Source: Eledone cirrhosa
Lineage: Eukaryota
Length of the DNA stretch: 64,000 nt
Direction: 5' to 3'
NCBI GenBank assembly: GCA_964016885.1
Contig: OZ024741.1
Span: 368,590,001-368,654,000 of the forward strand
Shown here: positions 35,076 through 48,310 of the stretch, piece by piece
Numbering within the stretch: position 1 is the first letter of the stretch
Layout of the letters: each line of letters begins with the position of its first letter
Notes under the pieces: model-generated
The model's database searches: none
What the model saw: the letters and a program-made list of their open reading frames with translations, nothing else
What the model was told of the DNA's origin: nothing
Made by a program: the position numbers and the translations under genes

Positions 35076-36764
35076 GGAGAGGGGGAGATTAACTATATTA
35101 TTTATGGTAGCAAAAATATCAATTTTGGTCCTTTTAAATATTGTGGGATTTTGGTTACAGACCAGTCAGACCCCTAGACTCCCCACCCTCTTCTGCCACA
35201 CACACTTAATTCATCACTGTTGACAGTGGTAGTTGTGTTGTTGTTCCTACTAGTGTTGGCAATAAGGTTTTACTGTTGTTATTATGGTGATACTATTCCT
35301 TTGTGACTGTTCTTGGTGGTAGTATGGTTGCCACTGTTATTGTTATTGTTGTTTTAATACTTTATGTTGAAAGAAATTCCTTCACCAGTGGTTAATTGTG
35401 ACTTGCAAGAGTCTCCACAAGAGTTGCAGCTACTGCAACTGTCAATAAAAGTATCAACAAAAATATTATAGCTTTCCCCCACCTTATTTGGCAGATTACT
35501 AGGAAATAATTTCTCCTCTTAGCTCTCAGAAAGAATTGAAGACAAAATATTTTAACCAGCGTTGGCTATATTATCAAACACTATGTTGAAATAACTGACG
35601 AGTTTGATTTCTAAAAATAAATTTTCAGCATAGGCTCGAGGCCAGACAATTTTGATAAAAATGACCTCAAAACATAACTGGTATTTATTGGCGATTATCC
35701 TGGGAAAACAACAACAATTCTATCATCTATTAGCCACAAGGGCTCATTCATTGAATACGATAAATATTATGAATATAGGGGTTATAATATATATGGAATT
35801 GAACAAAACAAAGTTATATAAAAATGAGGGTAAGAGCAAGGACATTATACAATAGATGGATTAGAATTTGGTAAAACATGAAATAAGTATAAAAATATCA
35901 CAAAACAATAATTAAAACGAAATACACAATGATTCAATGAAATACAATGATATAGGACAGGACATTAATGCAGTGAAATATTAATTAAACATTGCTGTAG
36001 GGTAACAGCTAACTAATTGTTTTCCACAAAACACAATGTTGTTCCTGGTTTTTAACAGGAATCATCTCTCAAAGTTTTAACGTAACAGTTAGAAATTCCT
36101 GATTATTATATTAACTAGATGACAGACGGCTACTGTATTTATTATAATAGCTTGTCTGTTGTAACAGTTGGCTAAGAAAATTGACACAGGTCAATTGTAA
36201 TCTATTCTTTGGATCCTGACAGTCAAAATAAAAAAGAAGAAAAGAACCCAGTCAAAAATGAAAATAAAATAAAAAAATGTATTTTATTCCCTTTGACCTA
36301 TTTGCCTTTCATTTGAAGGAATTAATAAATGTTACTGGTTGAATCAGCACAACTGAATGTAAAAACCAGATTTCCGGTGACCTGATAGTAATGTCTTTTG
36401 GTGAGTCACAAAGCTAATTTTGGTTGATGAGAATATTATAGTCGATAGGCACCAAGCAAATAAAAGGCAAAATCAGTTCTGGTAAAATTTTATACGTTTA
36501 AGACGTTTGTTAACATATTTCTCTCACTTACATGTTGTATCCAGGAGAATATTCATAAAATACATAAGAACACACAACACAGACAGCCACATATATTCTA
36601 GATTCCCTAATCAATCAACATTTCACAGTAAAGAAAAGTTATCATGTCAGTAAAACAGAATGTAATCTGTGTACCTGAGTGAAACAAAAATTATTAATAA
36701 TTGTTTCTACTTTAGGCACAAGGCCAGCAATTACCCAGTGCATTACTGGTATTCAATATTCAGC

Positions 36765-37262
36765 TGTTGACAACAAAAGGTTTCTCCATATGAATGAAAG
36801 GTCGATTGTATAACACCTATGTATAAAGTGTGATGCTGCATGGTAGGGAAACATGGGCAGTGAATGCAGAGGATATGCAACAACTGGAGAGAAATGGAGC
36901 AAGCATACTTTGATGGATGTACAATATCAACGTGTGTGGACAACAAAGTACAGATGAACTGAGAGAGAAACTAAGTATAAAAGGAATCAGATGTAATGTG
37001 CAAGAGAGAAGACTACGCTGGTATGGGCATGTGATGTGCATGAATGATGATCACTGGATGAAGAAGTGCTAAGAAATCCCAGTGGAAAGAAGCTACAGTA
37101 GAGAATGACCTGGGCAGAAGTGGTAAGAGTTGATCTCAAATTGCAGAAGCTCACACAGGAAATGACAAATGAATATGATGAGTGGAGAGATGCTGTGCTG
37201 AAAAAATCCTGTCCAACCCATGTTAGCCAGGAAAAGTGGACATAAAATGATGATGATGATTT
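36765..37262 (+). mobile_element. RTE LINE 3' fragment
   Basis: MLHGRETWAV...ERRLRWYGHVMCM; (GAT)n tail. Confidence 0.85.
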
Positions 37263-37789
37263 CTAATGAAATATACTACCTATGTGTTTCAATTTATTAA
37301 AAAAAAAAAAAAAAAAATTGGAAGAATTTAATAAAATAGCAGCTATTGGGAACATTATGTAAAAGATTTTCTTAAATAGAATTATGATGGAAGCTTATGA
37401 ATATTAAGTATGAACATTTTAAAATAGGCAGTTTTGTATAATAAAACTGGAGTTGTGTCAGGCATGTTGGTATCAAAAGGATTATTCTACAGGTACTGAC
37501 TCTAGTAGGATGAAAGGTAAAGTTGACCTCGAAGGATTTGAACACTGAGCATAGAGAGCCAGACCAAATACCACAGACATTCTATTCAATGGTTTGATGA
37601 AGTGTTTCTCAATGGGGCGTGTGTAGGGTTTGCAGTGGAAAAATGCAAAATCGCTTACCTTGCCGGTCTTCCCAGATTGTCTTTCTTATCTAACTGTGTA
37701 CCCCAAGATTCACACCCACCCCAACACTCTGGCCAGAAATTAGAGTTTCACATGAGCTCAGATCAAATCCACATGAGGAATTAGGTTTT

Positions 37790-39485
37790 CTTTTTTTTTT
37801 CGCCCTTCTGCTCTCATGACATCACTACTCCTGTCACTTCTGGTGTTTAACTCTAATTCCACATGCCTCACTGTTCTAAAGATCACTTCCCACAATGTCA
37901 CTCCCTGTTAAAGTTGGCCATCTATTGGAGGGACATCTCTCCCTCTGTGACCTCCACAGGAGTAGAGTGCAGCTCACATCCTTTTCCTTCTTCCTTCTCA
38001 TCCAAAGAGCCAACAATCCTGAAAATGCCTGGAATGTGACATGGTATTTCATCAAATGAAACATTGTTTCAGGAATTCCCAGCTGTTGCTGTTCTCCTCC
38101 TCCACTAATAGGTGCAGGACACACTGGGGAGCTTTACTTGGACTTTGTCCCTGATCTGAATGGATGCAGGCCCTCCCCTGTCTTCAAGTAATTGTAGTAA
38201 ACACTAGGATATCACTATTCATATCCAAATAATGTTCTTTATGGCACTGACTCTTTGGCCTGTCCTGACTGGTGAGACATACTGTACCAAAACACTACCT
38301 TGATTGGGGATATATGTTCAGCCTCAGTTGAGAAGAAATGTTCCCTCTCAGCCTCAATTGGGGAGATGTGTTCTCTCTTAGTCTTAATTGGGGAGATATG
38401 TCGCATCTCAGCCTTGATTTGGAAGATATGTTCCCTCTCAGTCTTATTTGGGGAGATATATCCCCTCTCAGCCTTAGTTGGGAAGATATGTCCCATCTCA
38501 TCCTTGATTTGGAAGATATATCCCATCTCAGCCACAGCTGGGAAGATATGTCCCCTCTCAGCCATAGTTGGGAAGATATATCCCCTCTCAGCTACAGTTG
38601 GGAAGATATGTCCCATCTCAGCCTTGATTTGGAAGATATGTTCCCTCTCAGTCTTATTTGGGAAGATATGTCCCATCTCAGCCTTGATTTGGAAGATATG
38701 TCCCATCTCAGCCTTAGTTGGGAAGATATGTCCCTTCTCAGCCACATTTGGGAAGATATGTCCCCTCTCAGCCACAGTTGGGAAGATATGTCCCCTCTCA
38801 GCCACAGTTGGGAAGATATGTCCCCACTTAGCCACAGTTTGGAAGATATGTCCCATCTCAACTTTGATTTGGAAGATATGTCCCCTCACAGCCATGGCTT
38901 TCATTATGCAATAGTGTCTATCCATAATCTCAGTTCCATTTGGCCTATATGCAGCTCTGAAGAAATGACACACACTTCACTTATCCAGCCACTATTTCAG
39001 CAACTCTGAATGAAATGTAAAGCTGTTGTGTACCAGTAGCTCATCCACAGAGCACTGTTCCAAAAATACTTTGTTCAGTATTCCTGCAATTTCACCTGCA
39101 GTTTGATTTCTCTCCAAATTGCCATCTACCCTAGTCCACAGTCAACCATTGAAAAATACAATCCCTGCCAGTAGTGCATCATATTTATGGCTAATCTTTT
39201 TCACGTCTTCTACCAGAATCTTTTCCATCTCAAGCTCATTTGGTGTAGGGTTGATTAATACCTATTGCAGCTCCTGACCATTTTTCAAACACTCTCCTTG
39301 GTGACATTTACTTTCTGGCTAGATATATCCACTTTCATATGCTACATACTGAATAGTCTGCTTAGCTCTAGGTCACCCACCTGACAGACTATTGCCACAC
39401 TCCACTCCAAATCCTCTGGCACTCCTAAGCAAGTTCTCTTTACTCTGGCTAGAACATCTGTATTATTCCTCTCCAGAGCCATGAA
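37790..39485 (-). mobile_element. Degenerate Gypsy-type LTR retrotransposon integrase relic containing a minisatellite expansion
   Basis: Minus strand, with stops and frameshifts: MVDCG, AIWREI, TAGEIAGILNKVF, VDELLVHN..F.S, FRAAYRPNG.EIMDRH..IMKAMA, VFWYSM, KVQVK, NNVSFD. No paired LTRs identified. Confidence 0.75.
38300..38896. repeat. 30-bp minisatellite, about 20 units
   Basis: Unit like TCCCCTCTCAGCCACAGTTGGGAAGATATG; 18 full in-register units from 38341 to 38880 plus partial flanking units. Confidence 0.97.
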
Positions 39486-40446
39486 ACCTACTTCTAGTTT
39501 TATGTGTACTTGGACTGCACATGCGTTATATCTGGGTGTGTGTATATGTGTTTTTTTTTAAATATCTATTCATATGTTTATTTATTTGTCACTAGTTGGT
39601 TGCTTGTTCTATCTGTGTGTGTCCGGTTTGTTCTATTAGTTCTTGTGTGTCACTGTGTGTCTTTATCTTGTCTTTAGTTACTAGTTGTAATGTTGTTGCT
39701 ATATATATATATTTTTTTTTAATGTGTCTTACTTACCTTACTTAGAACTTTTCATTCTAAAAATAATCCTTTTGCCTCTATTATTATGGTTTTAGTCTAT
39801 AAGTTTCTTAGTAACTAGAACTTTTAATGATTGATATTTTATTATTGAATTAAGCTTCCATAATTTTCAAATTGTTTTTCTTAATACATTCTATTAATGA
39901 CATTTTTATCATTGTTGTTACTTCAATAAGTATTATTAAACTTATAAGCTCTAGTTGTAACATTATTTTAGTGTGTAATATACATGCATTAGTGTGTTAA
40001 AGTCAAGCAAAGTAATTTTTAGTCACTGCACATTATATCTTTATTACTAATAATTTTTAATTGCATGTTTAGTCTTTCATAAAGTTTTAACGTTTTCCCA
40101 ACTGTATTTAATATTTGTTCAGAAGGGAGATGTTGCAGACATGTAGTTGGTAAATAATTATGTTATGTTGTTTAATAGATTCTGAAGAAATCAATACAGA
40201 AGAAATGTATTTTCTTACTGAATTGATAGAAACGTTTGTAAATCAATTAAATAATTTAATATTATTTAATCCTGTTTTTTTTATTTATTTTATATATGCT
40301 CTGTGATATTGTAAAACTACTGTCATTGGAAATTTACCAGGTGGGTTAAACTCTAAACTGTCTCTTACCTATCTTGTTGTGGACTATAAAATGACATTTG
40401 AGTTTTGAATTATCTTTATGTGGTTGTGTTATCAACTCATCTAAAC

Positions 40447-40500
<54 letters not shown>

Positions 40501-40502
<2 letters not shown>

Positions 40503-41862
40503 TCATCATCATCATCATCAACGTTTAACGTCCGTGTTCCACGCTTGCATGGGTTTGGACGGGGGTTTTCCCACTTGAGGCAAGAGTGATTGTCTTGCTC
40601 ACATAGGACTGTCTGGCAGGTTTTCTACAGTTGGATGCCCTTCCTAACACCAACCACATTTACAGTGTGGGTCTGGGAGGTTTTTACCGTGTTGCCTACA
40701 CGGCCACATTACAGCGTGGACTGTGTGTTTTTTTGTCGTGACACCTACACGATCTCATTTGTTTCGGCCTGGATGGTGTGGCACCAACATAACTTTACAT
40801 AGAAGGGGGCGGTGTGGATGGGGTGGGGGTGGTGGGACGGGGGTGTATTTTGTTAGAGATGCCTACTGACTGTAGTAGGTTTTACTATGTATTTAGGTAA
40901 GGCGGGTCTTCTCTATTACTGAGTACCGCCAAAGTTCTCGGTCCAGTGACATTGTCTTGGAGAGGTGTAAGTGTGTGAGGTTGGAGTTTATCAGCTCGTC
41001 CCAGGTTTTTCTAGGTCTGCCTATTCCGTGGCTACCGTCTATCTTTATTGCCCTGCACTTTGTTATACAGCTATCGACTTTCATGCGCATCACGTGTCCA
41101 TACCAATGTAGCCTTCTCTCGAGTAAACAACATCTGATCCCTCTTATTTCTAATTTTTTCCTTAGTTCGTTTATGCTTTGCCATTCACGTATATTACTAT
41201 TACACATCCAGTGGAGCATGCAAGCTTCGTTCCTCTCTAGTCTGCGTATATCCTCTGCACACAATGCCCAGGTCTCACTGCCATGCAACATTGCTGTTCG
41301 TATGCAGGCATCATACAACCTGCCTTTCGTTTTTAGGGAGAACCCTTTAGCGGCTAATAGTGGTATAAGCTCTCTGAACTTTTTACAACCAGTTCTGACT
41401 CTAGCTACTGTACTTTCAGAGCACCCTCCCCCACTGCTGATTTTGTCACCCAGGTAACGGAAGCTGTCCACTATTTCTATAGAGCCCTCTGCGCAGTTGA
41501 AAGAGCTAGTATTTTGTGGGCACTTGCTGCTACTTATTGCACCAGAGCACCGGCCACATGTAAAATCTATGTTCTTAGTTAGCTTACCTGTGATCCCACT
41601 ACATCTTTTATGCACCCATACTTTGCATTTGGGACATAAAATGGAGTTTCTACCTACGCCTTTCCTACACACTGAGCATGGCCATTTCCCGGAAGGGACC
41701 GCCGCCTTATTTTCTTTCCTACAAACTAGAACTTTAGTCTTAGCCAGGTTAATTTTAAGGCCTTTTGATTCTAGGCCGTGCTTCCATGTTTGGAATTTCT
41801 TCTCTAGCTCGGCCATTGATTCAGCTATGAGTGTTAAGTCGTCTGCGTAAAGGAGTTCCCAT
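40501..41862 (-). mobile_element. Young 5'-truncated RTE LINE (YADD to stop codon open, 3' UTR, (GAT)n tail)
   Basis: ELLYADDLTLIAE followed by an uninterrupted 307-aa ORF with a Cys cluster (CSVC, CPKC, HKRC, CGRC); closely similar to 2730-4208. Confidence 0.95.
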
Positions 41863-43112
41863 ATAAATATCCTGTATATGATGATGGTGATATATATATA
41901 TCATAGATTGTTTATTTGTGTTACATTCTATCAAAAATTAACACCAGAAATTCTATAGAACATAATAAGGGTGGAAGGTTAAATCTGATTTGTGTGAATT
42001 GATGTGTTTCACTGATGGATAGATGCTGTGCTGAATAGGACTTGTTCCACCCTTGCATGCAATGTAATATAAGAGACCACAGTAACTACCAGATAGCAGC
42101 CCTGTAGATTCTGCTTATTTGTGCTTCTACAAACAACACTTCTTTATTACCTTGTAGATTCTTAAGCTTGCGATAGACTATGAGCATGACATAAATTATT
42201 TCCCTTCTCCTTTCAACTTAAAAAAAAAGGGTTTCCTCCCAATTTTCACTCCTACAGTCCTATATACATATAAGTGTGATGGACAGACAGATGGAGAAAC
42301 AGCTCTTCTTTTATAATGATGTTGATTACGATATCAGATCTTTAAAAGAGATATCATTCTATTTTATCAACTCCAATGTGTTACATTTAATTGTTTATGA
42401 TATCATCCTATGAGGATTGAAGTCTTCTATTATTATTCTACTCATATCTAGATTACTTTATAGGAAAATTAAATTAACTCCAGTATTTGAATGGTACTTT
42501 TATGGACCTTGGAAAGATGAAAGACAAATTTCAATCTTGGCAGGATTTGAAATCAGAACGTTAAGGTCTACAACTAAATAGCAGACCTTATGTTTGATGT
42601 TCTAATGAAGAATCATCAAAAGGTATACTTCAATAGAAGGTACTGAATTCAGATTATTAATACACCAAATTATATATTATAAAGTATTATTCTCAGGTGA
42701 TTGCCATCAGCTTTTCTTTTTTTCTTTTTCTATTAAACTGTATTTACATGATATGTTCCATAAATAAATAAAATATCCAATATATTGTCTGGTGTGTTGT
42801 CTTGTCTCAAACTTTCTTAGAGGGAGGCTTCTCTGCCCATTGTTGTAGTGTGAGATTGAGTGTGAGAGTGTGAGAGTCTCCCCTGCTTCTTTCCTTATTT
42901 ATTATGCCCCCCCCCTTTTTTTTTTCTTCTTTTCTTCCTTATCATTCTCTCTTTCCTCCCTTTTTGAAAATAGTATTTCTATTGTGAATCACATGCTTTA
43001 TAACAATCTCAGTTGCTAAGTGGTATTGCATAAAAATACATGTTAAAATGTATATTGAAATAATTTAAAGTACAAATGTAAATTTGTGAAGACCAAGAAT
43101 ATTTTTAGTGTG

Positions 43113-43545
43113 TTAACCCTTTAGTATTTAGTGGAAGGAAGACGCAGTAGAGGAAGACCACAAAAATCATGGGCGGAGGTGGTGAAAGCTGACAACAAAT
43201 CGCTGAAGCTCACAGAGGAGATGACAAAGGATCGTGACAAATGGATAGATGCTGTGCTGAATAGGACCTGTTCCACCCTTGCAAGCAGGGAAAAGTGGAC
43301 ATAAAATGATGATAATGATAATGATGATGATTACTCTATATTTACTATCATATTTTCACAGTAAAGACTTTACCTCACATAATTATCTCACATAATATCG
43401 AATATATGAGATTTTGATGTTATTTATTTTGAGAACAATACCTTAATATAAGTATGAATGGCCAGTTATGGTTATGACCGGTTTGAACAGAAAGAGGTGA
43501 CAGAATTCTGGCTGGATACGGCTGGTTTAAATGCTAAAGGGTTAA
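43113..43545 (-). mobile_element. piggyBac-type MITE interrupted by an RTE 3' fragment (43131-43332, plus)
   Basis: TTAA|CCCTTTAGTATTTA, then RTE (RGRPQKSW...GAT tail), then MITE body ...TAAATGCTAAAGGG|TTAA. Confidence 0.88.
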
Positions 43546-43799
43546 TATTTATGTTGCAATTGTACTCTTTAATCCTACATGGAACATACTATAGGTTTCT
43601 GTTGACAGGGCAATTGATTTTTTGTTTTTTAGATTACAGTAAATCTTTATTCAAAAGCAAAAGAACAAACCTTATTTAGTAACAAAAAAAAAAAAAAAGG
43701 GGGGAAAGTAAAAGGAAAAAAAGAATAGGGTAACATATATAAAAAAAAGATAGAGAAAGAAGAAAAAGAATGGGAAAGAGAGGGGATGGCAAGAGCTCT

Positions 43800-44195
43800 T
43801 GTGTCACAGAGTTTGTGGCGGAAGCGACTAAGTTGGAGACGGGTTTGTGGCGGAAGTGACTAAGTTGGAGGTGGAGAACGTGTCAAAGCAGGTGGCATCC
43901 CAGATGAGGGATCGACGTCCTTCGAATGGGAAGAGCATGATTCCGTTGGGGCACTTGCCATCTCCGCGGTCTAGGCCTGTTGGCTCCAGTTGGGATGGAA
44001 AGCTAGTTGTGTCCAGGCCTCTTCTCAATATGTCGTTGAGAGCAGCGTGTCAGGGGGGGGGGGACTGGCCTGCGCTCTGGTGACAAGACACGGTGCAGGC
44101 TGAACTTGTCAACAACTGCCCTGCAGCAGCATTTATGTGGCTCACACACGCGGAGGCCAAGGCATTTGGCTACTCCAATGTGAGTGCACTCATGA
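43800..44195 (-). mobile_element. CRE-clade RLE remnant, second subfamily
   Basis: LGLRVCEPHKCCC...AALNDILRRGL...EPTGLDRGDGKCPNGIMLFPF..GRRSLIWDATC.DT. Confidence 0.75.
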
Positions 44196-46047
44196 GGGGA
44201 AAAGAATAGATTGTAAAATGAGAATATTAGTGAGAATGTATTGCATGAAACATAGAAGGATGTCAGTATACTTGAACTAAACAAGATTTGACCGTTGAGC
44301 AAAAAAAATTAAATGGTAAAATAAACACAGTCAGACAGTCTATCAGTTTTGTAACAACTCAAAGAATAAATTCAAAAAAAGACATAAGGTTACACATGTA
44401 TGGGAACTTTAAATACTGAAATTATGTTGTTCTGGAACAGAGAATATCAAACTAGTTCGTCTTCAAGGAGAAAAATAGAAGCTAAAAAGGAAGATAAGTA
44501 AAAAAAACAAAAGATTTATAAAATAATTTAGCAACATTAAAAGATAAATTGTTGTTGGATCACTGTTGCTTTTGATGACAGTGTTCCTATTGTGTGAACA
44601 ATGGAACTGCCTCTTCATGAAATTAAAGTGCAAGTGACTGAGCATTCTACAGACTCTGTAAATTATAAAAAAAAATGATAAACTCCCAATATTTCTTTCA
44701 CAGTAAGTAAAATAAACGTCTCTTTGATACAATGGGTTTTCCCACAGTTAGCATTAGGCACTGAAATTTCATAAGATGTCATAAGCTTTTTCATAACTGT
44801 TCCATTTGTTTAAAGTAGCTTTTTAATTGTAGAACAGTTTTCAATTTAATTTTTAAATCACTAGGAGTAATGTTACTTGATAAGTTACGGAGATAGCTTG
44901 AAGGCCAGGGAGTCACTCCAGGTAGATTCACTACTTTTTCAAATTGAGAGATCATAACTCTAGCACTACAGAAATGTGGTTAGAATGTCTAAAGAAAGAA
45001 TTGCTGGACAGGTTTTATGGGCAAAGTCAACCAGCAGGGGGCCCAGAAATAGACCGACCACGAGCAAGATGGTTGGATAACATCCATGAGCTTGGTTGGT
45101 CTTGTTTGGGGGTTCAACTGGATCAATTGGAGATATGACTAATGACTCAGCCCCACAAACCTCTCTGGAATAAATGAGTGAAGAAGAAGAATCACAAATT
45201 AACTTAAATTCCTATTGACTGTATCTGGATGTTTTGTTAGCAAATACTCAATCATTCTCATTTGTAAACGTTTGTAAACTTTTTTTCACAAATTAAACGA
45301 CACAGGCAATTTTGTTTATAGCACATGTAATAACAAATCTGATATTTCAAAATGAATATTGCTGACACATCTTTTTTTATTATTCATTTCCCTAGGTTAT
45401 AAACGATAGTAACAGAGAGTAGGGAGTTGAAATAAACTATCTTATATTTAATGACAAAAAAATAATGAATACTTTATCAATAATGCTTTCTAAATTTGTC
45501 ACATGGCCAGGAACTTTAAGGTAGGGGAAAGTCAATTAAATGTGATCCTAGTGCTTTATCTTATTGACTCCATAAAGATGAAAAGCAAAGTTCACTTTGG
45601 CTAGATTTGAACTCACAACCTTATATACCATAAGGTATATAATATATATAAATATAGAATTTCAGATAGAATGTTTCTCAGTATTCATTCCAGCTCTCTG
45701 TGCTCCGAGTTCGAATCCTGACAATGTCAACTTTGCTTTCATCCTTTTGAAGTCAATAAAAAATGTATCAGTCAATTCTTCCTCTTCTGGGGTCAATTCT
45801 TCCTCCATATCTCTTTCTCACTTCCTCTCTATTACTCTCTCCTTCTGTGGTAGAAATCATCTGTGTTTAGAGCTGGAGAGGAGATTGACTCCATCAGATT
45901 TTAAAAAGGTCTGAAATATGCTGTTTGTCATGTCACCACTATGACCCCACAAAGAGTTACTGGTACATACAGAGAATACATATGAACAGTGTTTATAAAA
46001 GAAATGAAAATAAAGTCAAAGGAATAAAACAAAACATGTTTCATTTT

Positions 46048-46425
46048 AATAATTGTTTCTACTTTTGGCACAAGGCCAGCAATTACTTAGTGTATAACTG
46101 GTACTTTATTTTATCGACCCCGTAAGGATGAAAGGCAAAGTTAACTTTGGCGGGATTTGAACTCAGAATAGCAAGGGCCGTAACTCTACGCGTCAAAGCA
46201 TGGCGTCTGACCCTCTATCGATACTGCCAAATAATTGTTTCTACTTTTGGCACAAGGCCAGCAATTATCCCAATGTATTACTGGTACTTTATTTTATCGA
46301 CCCTGTAAGGATGAAAGGCAAAGTTAACCTCGGCGGGATTTGAACTCAGATCATAAAGGGAGGTAACTCTATGCCTCAAAGCATGGTGTCCGACCCTCTA
46401 CCGATACTGCCAATCCACCACCCTC
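46048..46425 (-). mobile_element. Head-to-tail dimer of tRNA-SINE family A
   Basis: Units 46048-46230 and 46231-46425. Confidence 0.9.
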
Positions 46426-46687
46426 CAAATAATAATAATAATAAATAATATTCAATTGTATTAACTCATTTCAATAATAAAAGAAATCAGTTGTGAACAT
46501 TGGACATTGAAATGTCATTCTCTCTGCTCACTACTAACACAATGTGTAACTCATTCTAATCCTGACTAAGATTTTCTTGTACACCAGTTTCAAATATAAA
46601 TATTGAACCAGGTTTAAATGTTTTATTTCTAAGAAAACTCCTGATCTCTTTAAACAGACTATCCTCCTTTTACACTATTACAATTCA

Positions 46688-46822
46688 CTACTACACTATA
46701 TCACTATACTATGACACTACACTGTGACCCTACACTATGGCACTACACTGTGATCCTACACTATGACACTACACCGTGACCTTACACTGTGACACTGCTA
46801 TGTTACACATACACTGAACACT
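46688..46822. repeat. 13-bp minisatellite with 26-bp dimeric period, followed by (CTA/CTG)n at about 46880-46985
   Basis: ctacactgtgacc alternating with ctacactatgaca. Confidence 0.8.
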
Positions 46823-47999
46823 ACAGTTATTTACAGCCATACTTCCAGAATCTCTATATATTACATAAAACTAATATTATTACTGCAGCTAGTACTGCTG
46901 TTACTGCAGCTGCTCCCGCCCTCCTCCTCCCACTACTACTACTACTACTACTACTATTAGTACTACTACTGTTATTGCTACTACCTCAGTGTCAACAACA
47001 ACAGCTGCAACAAAAAGATAACATTTATTGCTCCTAAAATCATAAATTATTTTATTGTTATTGAAATAGGAACATGCTCTTCGATTCAAATGACCTTTCA
47101 ATTTGCTATACAATTAGAAACTTTTTTAAATACAGAAATGTTTTCAATACTGAATGTTTTTACCCTTTCTTTGGTTATATGTTATTTTGTTATTGTCTCT
47201 TTATTTTCAAATTCTGTCCATTTTTTTTAGTGTCATATGATATTGTTCATTAGATATTGATTTCTTATCTAGGCACAAGGTCAATGTTTCTGTTGAGGAA
47301 GTGAAGAGTCAATCAAATCATCTCCATTACTTCATCATCATCATCACCATCTTCATTATTGTCGTTTTAACGTCCATTTTCCCTGCTAGCAAAGGTTTGC
47401 TGGGTTTACATAGACCAAGTCAGTACTGAAGTGGTGGCTACTAATCTCCCAGATCAGCCAGGTATCTGTCATCTTGCTTATGTATGGTCTCATGTTCTAC
47501 CGAGTGCCTAGGGAAGGTTGTCATGTCTTTGACACTACTGAGGGTCCTCCCAACCCTTTGTTTAGAGTAAAATAAATCAGAATATTATATTCATATGTGA
47601 ATCTTATTATTATTTGATAAACTGTATTTTGGTCTTCTGAATTGTTTCAACATATTTACCTCTATAAAATTAGTGGTGACCATATATTCATCACCACTAT
47701 ATTAGAAATACCAGTGATATGTAAAGGAACACAGAGTGTTTCTATGTTTATTTGGAATAGAAAGTCAGACGGTTAGAGAGAACTTAGAGAAGTAATAGAC
47801 ATGTTGTGATGTTAGCACAATCAGTGGCAAGCACCCAAGTGCTATATAACTGTGTCTGTTGCTATAAATCTCAACTGCTGCTCCTTCCTCTTCAGAGTTA
47901 CAAGAATGGCTTGGCTTTCCACCATAGTTTACAGAAGTTGGATAACATAGGGCTTCTGCAAAACCCCATCTAACTTTAACATTGCTGTAGAAATACAAA

Positions 48000-48310
48000 G
48001 ACCTATGTGGCTTAGTAGTTAGAGCATCAGATTCCTAATCATGAAGTTGTGAGTTCAATTCATGAACTGAGTGGTGTGTTGTACCCTTCAGTAAGACATT
48101 ATTTCATGTTACTCCAGTTTACTCAGCTGAAAAAATATGTTGTGATGTCACTGCCACCAAGCTGTATCAGCCTTTGCCTTTCTCTCAGATAACATCAGTT
48201 GCATGAAGAGGAGAGGCTGGCATGCTTAGGCGAGTGATGGTCTTCCACAAAAACACCTTGACTGGACTCACTAGGGAACTTTCTGGGGACAAAATCCATG
48301 GTAATTCGTG
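48000..48310 (+). mobile_element. tRNA-derived SINE family B
   Basis: TGGCTTAGTAGTTAG A box, GAGTTCAATTC B box, then TACCCTTCAGTAAGACA core. Confidence 0.75.

Noticed and set aside
38300-38896. CRISPR-like appearance of the 30-bp periodic array
   Set aside because: Units are contiguous with no unique spacers, no cas genes are present, and the context is eukaryotic. It is a minisatellite within an integrase relic.
38300-39009. Plus-strand ORFs of 204 and 223 aa as real genes
   Set aside because: They are antisense by-products of a stop-free 30-bp repeat.
44540-44680. Good-looking minus-strand acceptor (ttttttttttataatttacag at 44656) as an exon of a second gene
   Set aside because: No recognisable peptide or partner exon; cannot be supported without RNA data.
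46789-47113. Poly-Leu and poly-Val ORFs resembling signal or membrane peptides
   Set aside because: Translations of a (CTA)n microsatellite.
47765-47998. 77-aa minus-strand ORF with an AG acceptor
   Set aside because: No recognisable domain or donor site, and it abuts a SINE head.
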